Source of the DNA: Fonticula alba ATCC 38817
Lineage: Eukaryota; Protista; Nucleariida
DNA length: 64,000 nucleotides
Strand: one strand, 5' to 3'
NCBI GenBank assembly: GCA_000388065.2
Contig: KB932207.1
In this document: piece by piece, positions 33,169 to 44,812 of the stretch
Layout of the letters: each line of letters begins with the position of its first letter
Numbering within the stretch: position 1 is the stretch's first letter
The notes under the pieces: model-generated
The model's database searches: none
Seen by the model: only the letters and a program-made list of their open reading frames with translations
What the model was told of the DNA's origin: nothing
Position numbers and translations under genes: made by a program

Positions 33169-33302
33169 GTCCTTGCGCAGTGGTGATCACCGTAGTCAAT
33201 GAGGGTCTCCCGATGGCACGGTTATTGCTGATTGAAAACTATCCCAATTACCCGCACTCGGCCACTGGCCTTGTGCAATTTTTGAGCATGTCCCAACATG
33301 TT
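33169..33302 (+). ncRNA. U4: U4 spliceosomal snRNA
   Basis: 5' GTCCTTGCGCAGTGG (U4/U6 stem II); 5' stem-loop with kink-turn-like AATGA...GA; TTATTGCTGATTGAAAACT.TCCCAA (stem I region, close to the recalled vertebrate U4); central hairpin GCAC-TC-GGCC/GGCC-TT-GTGC; Sm site AATTTTTG at 33277-33284; 3' hairpin AGCATGT/ACATGTT. Ends are approximate. Confidence 0.92.
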
Positions 33303-33718
33303 TCCCACAACACACCCCCTTTGCCTGTTTTAAAAATTGAATGCGCACAGCCGCGCCCCGCCACGCGCACGGACGGCTTCTTGTCTGAGTCTGGCAGCAA
33401 AAAACACCGACGCTGCTGCGCGCACCCCCGGGGGGGGGGGGGTGCCCATTCTCTTCCCGCCGCTGTCTCGCAGGGGCGGGATGCCTTTCACCCCATGGTT
33501 CGGCCCTCCTCTCGGCCCCTTTTGTTCGCCGAACGGGGGAGGAAGGAAAAAAACGCAGGAGGGACCCCCCCCCTCCCGACCGGCGGCTGTGATCTCATGC
33601 GCTGCGCGGTCCCCGCCTCGCCGGGTGCGGCGCATCACAAAGGGCGAGGAAAGAGGCCCACGCACGGGGGGAGGAATAGAAAAAAAAACATGCACCATGG
33701 CGATTCCCCGGCACACAT

Positions 33719-33751
<33 letters not shown>

Positions 33752-34178
33752 AGTCCGCCACGGAAGAGAAAAGCACACACAGGTTGAGACTATATTGCTA
33801 AGGGAGGGGCGTATGTGGACAGGTGAGCGAGCGGAGGAAGGGGGAGAGGGGAGGAGGGCGTGATGACAACGAACACCACAACGGTGTCCCGCGAGGCTCT
33901 CCTCCCACCCATCTCCGTGGGACAATGCGCACATACACACTCGGCCCCCCACTGGAGGGAGGGGAGGGGAATGATGCACTTGGCCTCGTGCCTCGCGCCT
34001 CTCTCCCTCCCCCTCGCCTTGGATCCAGAGGGGAGGCGCGTCGCCCCTCCGGGCGTGGTCACACCCCGCTGGAGAGGGGAAAGAGGAAGGGCCGGGGCCG
34101 GGGCCGGGGACGGGGGGGGGGGGGGATGACATGCACCCCATGTCCCGCGCCAACATGCCCCGCCTCAGTCCGGTCCCC

Positions 34179-35033
34179 TTAGTTGGCGGTGGTGGCCTGG
34201 GCCTTGGCGGCCTCGGCAGCCAGACGCTCGGCACGCTTAAGGGCCCGGCGGCGGACATCCAGATGGTGGCGGAGGACCAGCTTGGACGAGATCGACAGGG
34301 GGAGCGACTCGAGCACGAAGTGCTGCAGCGCATGGGGCAGGTACGGCAGGACGAGGAAGCTGCGGCCGGAACGCTGGAGGGCGTAGCGAGCGAAGTTGTC
34401 GGCGGTGGGGGTCATGAAGTTGGGCTTGCGAATCTTGCTCATCTTGGACACGACGAAGTAGGGGACACAGCACTGTGTGTGTGTGTATGGGGGGGGGGGG
34501 GGACAGGTCAACACACTGGCAGCGAGAGACAGGAAAAGAGGGATAACCACACAAAATGGGACCCACCTCAACATGGATGCCCTGGGACTTGTACTCGAGG
34601 TTGAGGGAGCGGGAGAACTTGTCGACGTAGGCCTTGGTGCCGGAGTAGACCGAGTAGAGCGGGTCACCGGTGGACATGAGACCGGCAGCCGAGCCGATGT
34701 TGATGATCAGACCACGACGGCGGGAAGTCATGCCCGGCAGGACGGCCTGGGTGATGTGCGTGAGGGAGGAAACGTTGACGGCGATGAGGTTGTTGATGAG
34801 GGTGGGGGAGATGTTGTGCAGGTAGTCGGCATGGTTGTAGGAGAGCCCGGCGTTGTTGATCTAAAGACGGAGCGAGGGCGGGCACAGGGACCCGGGAACA
34901 TATGGAGGTGAGTGGGCGCGCGATGGTATGGGCATGCGAGGGAAGGGGGATAGCAAGAGAAGCAGCCCCCACTGCTGTGCGTGCACACAGCACTCCCCCC
35001 CCCCCCCCNNNNNNNNNNCCCTGGCCGTGCCAT

Positions 35034-35072
<39 letters not shown>

Positions 35073-35512
35073 AGAGAGAGGCAGGCACGCACCAGGATGC
35101 CGACCTCCACCTCGCTGATGGCGGTCTTGATGTCCTTGATGGACTCCGGGTTGGACAGGTCGGCCAGCACGGTGCGGACCTCGGTGGAGGCGGTCTTGGC
35201 CTTGTGGGCCAGGATCTCCTCACGGGCGGCGGCCAGCTTCTCCGGCGAGCGGCCGACGATGATGACATTCAGACCCTTCTCGCGGAGGATCTTGGCGAAG
35301 GACAGACCAATGCCATCGGTGGCGCCGGTGACCAGGGCCCAGTTGCCATACGCGCGGATGTTGTTGGCCGGGCCGAACATCTGCTTGGCCGAGGTCATCG
35401 TGCACAGGGCCATACGGGCAAGGGTAGCCGCACCGACGGCGGCCAGCAGCCAGAAGGCCCAGGTGGGCGAGCTGGTGGCCTGGTCGAACAGCATGTTCTT
35501 GAGGAAATCCAT
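34179..35512 (-). CDS. IFA38: Very-long-chain 3-oxoacyl-CoA reductase (KAR / HSD17B12 / Ifa38 family SDR); exons 35512-35093, 34860-34567, 34472-34179
   Basis: N-terminal hydrophobic anchor, WALVTGATDGIG, LINNAG, IINIGS, catalytic YSGTK, and family-typical PYFVVSKMSKIRK...TP. Confidence 0.85.
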
Positions 35513-36973
35513 GATGGAGAACACGACCTCGTAAGGGCTACGGTTGCCGGGAACCTGGCCCGGCGAGGGAAAGAGACCGGGCGAGAGAGGGGGGGGGGGG
35601 GGAGGGGCGGAGGCGAGTCAGCGAACGCGGGGACCAGGCAGGAGACCCCGGGCAGAGGGAGGGCAAAAGGCTCACGGATGCATGGACTCACACAGGGGGG
35701 GGGATTCGCGGCGACTGAGGAGATTATCGGGGGGGTGTCAGAGGCCGGCACCCTGGCCGGAGACGGACCGCACGGTGGTGGCACTTAAAAGACGCCCCGG
35801 CGCGCGCATGTTGCGGTCCCGCCGGGCCGGCCCCCACCCCGATCGCTGGTGCGCGCCCGCCGGGAACCGGCCAATGGGCAAGACGGCCCGCGGCCCCGGC
35901 CATCTGACCCAGAGAGTTCGCCCCCTGCCAGCCTCCGGCTGGGGGGGGCCGTCCGGCGCGAGCTCAGGCCCAGGGATCCACTCTGCTCGGCGACGCATCG
36001 AGGGGGGGGGGGACGTGGGGTCCACCGGAAGGGGGCTCCGGACGGCGGAAACCCTGGAACCCGCTGACCGCCATTTCACGGTGCGGGGGCACGGGTCCCG
36101 CCGGCGCGGGGAGACCCCAAAAGGGGGAAAACCGCGGAGCCGAACAGCCAGCCCCCAGCTCTCTCTCTCTCTCTCTCTCTCTCCCCCGGCCCCTGGCGGT
36201 CGGGGGCCGGGGGGAGGGGGGGAATGTGGGCCGAAGTTCGCGGGTCGCGCCTGTCGCGCGTAATTCCCGGGCACGGCCAGGCGGACAGGGTGGGCGGGGC
36301 AGGGGGGGTTGCCCAGACACTCCTCGCAAGACGCCTCACCTGGTGCCGGCTGGCCCTCGGGACGAGCAAGTCAAGGGGAAAAGGCGTCCTGGCTCCAGGC
36401 CCCCGCCCCCCCCCCCCCCCACCAGGGGGAGGGAGCCGGAAACATTTGCATTCAACCAGGGCCGGGCCGGACCATTGGGACCCGCCGTCCGGTGTCATAT
36501 GCGCCCTCCAAGCTGGTGCTTCGTTTCCCGGGCCGCACTCTTGCGCTGGGCAGTAGCGTCACCGGAAGTGGCCCAGACCCCCCCCGCTGCCCCCGTGCGT
36601 GCCTCCAAGGCTTGTTTGCATGCGGACCTGCCGTGCGGCCCACGGCCGGGGACCCGGTGGGGAACGGTGAAAAACCGCCCCCCTGCCTCGCTCACCACAC
36701 AAACCCACAAATCCACACACCCGCGCACCCGCGCACCCGCGCACCCGCGCCCCACAGACCACCAGGCCCCCACATCCCGGCAGTGGCGACTGTCGAGCGA
36801 AACAGCCCGAGTGCCAACGCAATGGGCAGTTCTATAGTTGTAGATTCGGGCGGGACGGGAAGCGACAGAGAACCCAGCACCGGCGTCCCACACGGCCGAG
36901 GGGGCGGGCCGGCGAGCGGGCGGGCGGGCGGGCCGCGGGCCGGCGGGCGGACGGGGAGGGAACGCGCCCCTGA

Positions 36974-37514
36974 TCACTCGGACGGCATGGCGGCCGGCTG
37001 CAGCGACTGCAAGAAGGCCTCGAGCGTCAGGAGCGACCGGCGGAGGCTGGTCCGGTGGATGTTGCGCGTGGTGAAGTCCGCCTCGTCGGCCGGCTCGCGG
37101 TCGGCCGTTTCCGACCGGTTGAGCTCCCTCTCGACCGATCGGATGGTCGGCACGGCCTCGGGATCGAAGTCGGCCAGTTCCTCGGTCGACAGGGCAACGC
37201 AAATGCGCCCGGTGGCCGGGTGCACGCAGAAGGGGCTCTTCAGCAGGTGGTTCGTCTGCCGGGTGACTTGCACATCAAGACGCGGGTGGCAGAAGGCAAA
37301 CATGAGGGTGTCGCACGCCTCCCCAGGGACCAGCCGCTCCAGAGCCGCCCACCGCTCCAGGCTGTCGGGGCCGGTGCCGATGCGGTTCCACTCGTCACGC
37401 ACTCGGGCGTACACTACGTGTGTGGTGGGTATGGGTGCGGGCATGGGTCCGGATGTGGGTCCGGATGTGGGCAGGTAGGCATGTAAGAAGATCAGGGGTG
37501 GCCAGGGCAAGGAG

Positions 37515-37556
<42 letters not shown>

Positions 37557-38557
37557 CACGCCCACAGCGGCCAGAAGGCAATGCTATCATGCAGGGCCCC
37601 ATGGACATTGGCAAACGCACCATCGCGAGAGAGGGCCACAGACAGGATGGACTCGATGAAGGCCAGGGTCTTGGCATGGTTGAAGGCATTCTGATCGCGC
37701 AGGACCACCCGCTCGAAGTGGCGTCGGATGATGGCGCGCGCCCGGAGGGTGGGCGGCAGCCGCGGCCCGAGGATCCGGAAGTGCCCGTCATCCCCCTCAC
37801 TGGCCAGGTTCAAGTAGGACACGATGGCCCCTCGAGCGTCGGGGGTCAGGAGCCGAGCTCGACGGTCAGCCACCCACAGGTGAGCCCCTCGCCGGCCGGA
37901 ATACGCCCAGAGAGTCCGCTCAAAGCCGAAGTCCTCCCGGAGGGCAGTGGTCAGGATGTCCCCGGCGCAGGCGATATACCCGAAGCACCGGCGGCAGCAC
38001 TGCTTGCCACTGCAGCAGGACCGGGCCCGGTCGTAGTCATCCATATCAATATCAAAGACCAGCTCGCGCTCCAGAGGGAGGGAGGCCGAGAGGAAGGCTG
38101 TCTTGCCGGAGGCGGGGCGGTTGAGGTTGGGTGGCTGTGCATCGACACGCGGGGGAGCCAACGAACGAGGGGGTTAGATGAAGGGTTGGAAGGAATAGGG
38201 GGCATGAGCGGGGCAGAGAGGGAGAGGGAGAGAGAGAGAGAGAGGGGGGGGGAGGGAGATGAATGAAATGAGCGTGGACGCACCCGCGGGTGAATGGCCC
38301 CCACCTCAAAGCGGACCGTGTGGTCAGCGATGATGGCCCGACGGAGGGCCCCCGAGTCCAAGAAAGACAGATGTCGGCGGAAGATCTCGGTCCCCGGCGC
38401 CGCGCCGGAGGGCTGCAGGACGATGGCAAATTCACGCCGGGCAAGATAGTGCGAGGCGGCTGCCGGCCGAGGGGCAGGGGAGCCATGCGGCGTGGGATGT
38501 GAGGAAGGTGAGAGGAGGAGAGGGAGGACTGGCCGAGGTGCCTCAAGGCGGGTAGAG

Positions 38558-38591
<34 letters not shown>

Positions 38592-38885
38592 AGGGAGGGA
38601 GAGGGGGAGGGGGGGCGCGGGAATGGGGGGGGGGAGGGCGTGGGCTGTGCGACAACATGGACACGCACAGGCGCTGATGACCGCCGAGGAGAAGGACTCG
38701 GTGGCCTCCTGCTTGATCTTGCTTGGCGGCACCTCGGCCGGATAACTCAGCCACTGGACCAGCTGGTTGAAGGGGAAGAGGTTGCGGTAGTAACTGACCA
38801 GCTCTTCGCGCTGGATCGGCTCGAAAGCGGGCTCCGGCTCGGCTGGGGCCCGGGGCGCGGGGAGCGAGCTGATCGTCGCGGCCAT
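36974..38885 (-). CDS. PRI1: DNA primase small (catalytic) subunit; exons 38885-38669, 38459-38284, 38134-37621, 37413-36974
   Basis: YY...FPF..L..WL, RREF, ELVFDIDMDDY, zinc-binding CCSGKQCC..C, YSGRRGAHLW, PRLD..V....NHLLKSPFCVHP.TG; GT-AG junctions in phase. Confidence 0.96.
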
Positions 38886-41800
38886 TCTATCAGCGGGCGA
38901 TGAAAGACAGGAGCGGGTAGGAGGATCCGGTGGTAGGTGGCAGGAGGGGGGGAGTAGGGAGAGGGGGGAGGGGATCTGAGTGCGGCCAGAGGCAATGGGC
39001 AGGCCTTCGGGGGGGCGGCTGAAAGGCGCATCCCAGTGGTGGTGGGGTACAGTGAGCATGGCCGCGCCGAGGGGGGGGGGGGGGGGGGGGGGAGGCGGGG
39101 TGCTCGGGAAGGAGTGATCGGCCGGACTCCTGGACGGAGCCTCCCCCGAAGATGCCGGGCTCCCTCGGGTGGGCGGGGCCGACACCCCGCCCCGGAGAGG
39201 AACCGGGGTGGCCAGGACGCGGCGGGAAGTTTGGATTGGGCGAACCGTTATCAGGGCGTGATCAGCTCCGCGGCACGTGCTCTCGTTGGAACGAGCGAAT
39301 GCCAGCGGCCTCGCAGCGGATGCCACACGCGCATACACACGCCCTCCCGGGCCGCGAGACGCCATCTTGGGTGCGAGGCGGGGCGCGGGGGCGGGACAAG
39401 GCCGAGGGCCAGGATAGGCGCGCTCCAAGGCGGCACGGCCGCCCTGGGATCAGGGTTTAGAAAGGCGATGCCCGCATCGGGGTGTGCCGACGCTCAGGTT
39501 CTGCGCCTGGGCTGAACAGCGGGTGCAGGCATCCGGCGAGGCCAAGGTGCCAACGGGGAGACCGGTCCAACGGCCGGCGAAACCGCCGCCCCGCCAGCGG
39601 CATCAGGAGGAACAACACACCAACCGGGGGAAAAGGATGTATTAATAATGCGCTGGTTGCCCAAGCTGCCTCGGAGATGGTCCATCCTTCGCTGGAGAGC
39701 CCTTTTGTTTTTCCCCAGGACAGGCTCTGTGTGCCCGGGACCGGGCGTGTGTTGTTGGGTGCTGGCTGCGCGACCGTGCGTGTGCTTATGTCAAGCAGCG
39801 CACTTGCCCAGGGACCTGTGGGATCGCCCTGGCCCCGGGGGACCGAGGTGGGATTAGCGCACCGGCAAGTGCCCAGAAGCAGCGCCACAACACAAGAGAG
39901 CCCCCTCTGGCTGGGGACGGCCGGGGGGAGGGGAGGATCTTCGCTTCGTCTCCCCGGGCCCTAGGTTCCCTGGGTTCTCGCAGTTCCCCCTGCTCCCTTT
40001 CCCCGGGGGGGGGGGGGGGAACCGGCGGCCCCCGCGCCGAGCGGGTGTTCGTGTTGGCACGGTACGCTCGGCGTTCAAAGGGGCACTGCCTCGCCGCAAC
40101 GCACAAAGCACGTCTTCAGCAGGGGGGGGGGGCGGGGGCGAATGCGCGCCCACTGAGACGTGCCCGGCGAGTCCGCCCGCGGCGCGAAAGCGGTTCTGGC
40201 GATCCCGGTCTCGTGGACTATACAAGCTGGTAGACCTGGGACGCGGCGTGTGCGTGCCAGATCGCCAGCGGCCGAGCGGCCCCTGCACGCGTGTGTCCCC
40301 CTCTGCCGCGGTTGGTGACACCTGCGCCCTTGTGCCCGGGGGGGAGGGGGCGGGGGGCGGGGGGGGGGACAGACACACCGAGCGGGAGAGAGAGAGAGAC
40401 AGAGGCCTTGGGGGCCGAGAACGAAGGACGACGGGGCTCGGACGGGGAAAGACAGAGCCGGGGCCGGCAGCAGGTGCAGATAGCCGGGCGCATGCGTCAG
40501 GGTTCCAGCGAAGCATGCTTCCTGGGGGGGGGGGCGGGGGGCAGGCCGGGAACTGGGGAAGCACGCGCATCCGCCGCGTGTCTACGCGCAAACTCCTCTC
40601 GCCCATTCGCGCGTGCTCTCTCTCCCCCTCCCTCTCTCTCTCTCTCGCTGAGTCTTCTGTCTCCCGGTCTTGCCCCCTGTCTGCCCATCATCCTCGGTCT
40701 TCGTGGCCGCTGGATTTCCCGCCGGGTCCCTCGGCCTGGGGGACGTCCCTCCACATGGTTGGGGAATGCCTCGTCTCCGGGGCGAGTGTCCTGCCGGTCC
40801 CGGCGCCTCCCACCAACCGCCCACCCGGCGGGGCTTCGGCATTCTAGGGTCGTCCTGCGGGCCGGGCGGGGGGGGGGCAGGCGAGCACGAGGTGGCAGAG
40901 CGGCGCCGGGAGCGCGCCCGGCCAGCCCCCTTTCCTGCCTACTAACCTCCGTGCCTCCTCGGCCAGTTTCCAGCGTGCGCTCCGTCCCCCCCCCCACCCC
41001 CTACCTTCGGCCCCCGGAAGGGCGCGAGAGCCGCTGAATACTATTTCTCCAGTCTCTCCCTTTGCATTGTCTCCGGCATCCTGCGGAGGCCTTCGGCTGT
41101 GTCTTTTTTTTTTGTGGCCCTGCCCCCCNNNNNNNNNNCCCCCCCCCCCCCTCCGGCCCCCAAGACTGTCCCGTGCGCGCCAGTTCTCCCCGGCCCCGGG
41201 CCTCTGGCCCCATTGGGCGACGATCTGTCTTACTGGGGTGCGGAAACGCCACCGGGGGCCGGGCGTGGGGCATCGAGGGGATACTCTGCTCCAGCCCGTG
41301 TTTGGCTGGGATCTCTGCCGGTCTCTGTCCCTCGTCCGGCGTGTGCCAGCCCGCCTTGGTGCGCGCCACTGGCCAGTCCCCGCATGCTCGCACCGCCATG
41401 CGCCCGTTCCGGCCCGGCCCGGCCCGGTCCCCCCCTCCCCCCCCAGCTGCCGAGGCCGCGCCGGCGCCGGCAAAATGCCCATTTTTGCCCACAGCAAGTG
41501 GCCTCGCCTCCGCATGACCAAGTTCCGTCCTGAGGGATATCCCTCCCCCCCCGTCCCCCCGAGCCCCGACTCGCCCGGCTATTTCTTCCTAGCATGTGCC
41601 CATGTGTGTAAGTGACTGTGGAGAGGCTCGCGCGCGCGCGCGCGCGCGTGTGTGTATGTCCGCGTCAGGCGCATGTTGTCCCCTTGTGTGGCCAGCGGCT
41701 TCCCGCACCCTTGGCTCCCCATTTTCCCCCGCCACTCAGCTGTTCGCTGTGGTTCTCTCGCTCTCCCTCTCTCCTTCGCACACACGCACACACACACGCA

Positions 41801-42781
41801 GAGTCTGTCTTCCACGCGCCTGGGCCAGACCCACAGGTGGGCTAGGCCGAATCTTCCGGCCGCCCCCGTGTATTTGGCCATCCATCCTGGGATCTCTAGT
41901 CGTCACCCAAGGAAATTGTCCACTCCTCTCCTCACACCCAGGGGGGCCTCTCCTCTCTTCCGCCCACACTCTCTCCCTCTCCTTCCTTCGCTCTTGCGCC
42001 TCCTGCCCCTCGCCCCCCTCCTCCCCTCCCCGTCGCGCTCCCTCTGCCGCCTTCTTTTTTTCCATCTGGACGTGCGCCTGCCCATTGGTCTCCTTTGCTC
42101 GCCCGTCCCGCCCCCCCCCCCCCGCCTCCTCGCTTTCGATATGCTCCCTGGCTGGCTGGTTTCCCCGCCCGCTCTCATTGTGCCCGCGAGTTCCTCCCCT
42201 GCCGCCCCGCCCCGCCCCTCCCCCACTCCGCCCTCCGCCTTACATGGACTCATACCTGGCTCTTCCGGGTCCTCCTGGACGGTCAACTTCCCGCCGATTG
42301 TGCCGCTCACTCTCCCTCCTCCCGTTCGATCTCTCGCTTTGTCCAGTCGCTCGGGGACTCGACCTCGAGTCACTTCCCCCTCCCTTCCCTCCCTTCGCAG
42401 CTGCAGGCGCTCTCCCTCTTCCACCTCCCCCGTCTTCGAGGAGAAAGCTGCCCTGACTCTCCCGCTTTCCCGCCTCCCCCTCCCCCCCTCCCCCCCCGTT
42501 AAGGTGTGTGTGTGTGTGTCTCTCTGCGTCTGTATGCGCGCTTGCCCGTCACACGGCCCCCTCCTCTTTCCTCTTTCTCTCCCTCCCCCTCTCTCTCTCT
42601 CTCTCTCTCTCTTTCCTTCTCTCTCTTGCTTTCCCGGTTCCCGGGTTCCTGGCACCAACCTTCAGCACCCCTCCCACCTGTTCCTCCTCCCCTCCTCTCT
42701 TTCCGCACCCCTCGAACACATCCACATCCTCCACCTCTTCATTGCCAGACTCCTCCCACCCCTCCTCTGTCTGGGCTGGCC

Positions 42782-44435
42782 ATGACGTCTACGCACTCGT
42801 CCGGCAGCGGCGGATCATTGCCGAAGGGGGAGTCGAACCAGCAGCAGCAGCAGCCGCCGCTGTCGCAGCCACCGTCGCAGCTGCACCCGCCGCTGGAGGC
42901 CCAGCCACCGGCCCCTCCAACGTCGGCCGCCACAATGGCCGATCCCCCAGTCTTCAGCCCGAAGCCCAACATACCGGACCCGGGCCCGGCCCCCGGCCCC
43001 GGCGCCAGCCCGTTGACCGATCCGCCGGTGGCCACAGGCAAGCAGACGCCGCGCCTGTCGGCCGCATCTGCATCTGCACCTATGGCGCGCCCTGGGCCTG
43101 GCACGGTCCCCTGTGCCGCCGCTCTTGGCGACATCCCAGATGTCGGTCCCCTGGCTGCCTCCAGTGTAGCCACCACCACCACCACCACACGTCCCAAGTC
43201 CAAGAGCAAAACCAAAAACCGGCGGAATCGCTCGACCATGGCTGACGCCCGCGGGCATCTGCCCGAATCCGTTGACGATGGGTCGCCTCTGCTCCTGGGC
43301 GGCGGCGGCGGCGGCGGCGGCGGCGGGGGTTTGCCAACGGCCGGTGGTCCCTCGGCGTCCTCGGTCCCGGCCCTGGTGTCAACCATGTCCACCGTGGCCC
43401 CCACCGGCGGCACTTCCACACCGTCGGGCCCTGTCGCAGCTCCGATGCGTTCCTCGCGCCACGCCGCCGATTCCTTTGCCGGGGACATGGCCACGGCGGC
43501 CTCCCCCTCGCCGCAGCTCATGACGCGGGCTCGGTCCGGGTCCATCCAGCATGGGGTCTCCGCCCATTCGCTCGGGCCGGACACCGCCAGTCCAATCGTG
43601 TCGGGCAGTGCTTTGGCCACCGGCGCCGGGGCCTCTGCCTCGGCTTCAGCCTCACACCACTCCGCCTCGCACCATGGGCACCATTCGCACCACGCGCACC
43701 ATGGGCACCATTCGCATCATTCGCACCACGCGCACCACGCGCACCATTCGCACCACTCGCACCACTCGACCGGGGCATCGAACCTGCCGATCGAGCGCGG
43801 CTCGGCCACGCTGCATTCTTCGCGGGCCAGTCAGGCCTCCGTGTCCGGGTCGGCCCCCGTCCCGGCGCACCATCCGGCCCAGGCATCCGCCGGCTCCGGA
43901 CAGACCACTTCGGCCAGTCGGACCGTACGTCCTTTGCGCCGTTCCGATTGCGCCCCCCCCCCCCTTTCCCCCTGGCATCCGGGGCTCCTTAAGCTGACCT
44001 CCCCTCGTCCGTTCCTGTTGGTCCCTGTTTGCCCCCCCCCCCCCTCCCCCCCCAGGCGAACTTCGTCTCGGCACGGGCTGCCCCGCACCACCAGCATTCG
44101 CAGCATCACGCCCCACCCACTGTCCGTATCTCCTCTGCCCCCCCCTCCACTCGCCCGCTGTGCTCGGCCTGAGATGGCCCTCCCTCCCTCGCCACTACTG
44201 GTTTCGCTTCACATCCTCACCCTGTTTTGCTCTCCCTCTCCCCTTCCTCCGTTCCTCCGTCGCCCCTTGAACTCGTAGGCGCCTTCGTCCTCGCCCTCTC
44301 CCGCGGCGGTGGTATCCTCGTCTTCGCCCCTGATCGCGACTTCGGTGGGTTCCCCATCGTCTTCCGCCGCGTCCTCCGCTGCGTCAGCATCTGCATCTGC
44401 GTCCGCATCTGCGTCCGCATCTGCGTCCGCTTCCA

Positions 44436-44472
<37 letters not shown>

Positions 44473-44726
44473 CCCCCCATCTTCCTCGTCCCCAGCTTCA
44501 TATCCGTCCCATCATCACACTGGTGGTGCCTCGACTACCACACAGGTACGCCACGCACCCTGCCCTTGTCTTGGTCCTTGGGACCTCCCTCGCTATGCTT
44601 CTTCCCTTCTTCCCCCGATGCCTGTGCGCTCACTCACACCCCCCCTCCTTCCCCCATGGGCGCACTGCACAGGCTCAGCACCATCCTCAGAATCAGGCCC
44701 AGAGCGGCCATGGCCACACGCATCAC

Positions 44727-44812
<86 letters not shown>

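Noticed and set aside
32082-33863. 593-aa plus-strand ORF overlapping U4
   Set aside because: Low-complexity translation through poly-G and (CA)n tracts, no motifs, and it fully overlaps a clear snRNA.
39000-42780. 3.8-kb interval between divergent PRI1 and TRF4, scanned for small genes and ncRNAs, including a 7-bp stem AAGGATG/CATCCTT near 39633-39689 and a U5-like GGAGGAACAAC
   Set aside because: No U5 loop 1 (GCCTTTTAC), no Sm site, no paired C/D boxes and no coherent spliced ORF. An Rfam cmscan would be needed to exclude an RNA gene.
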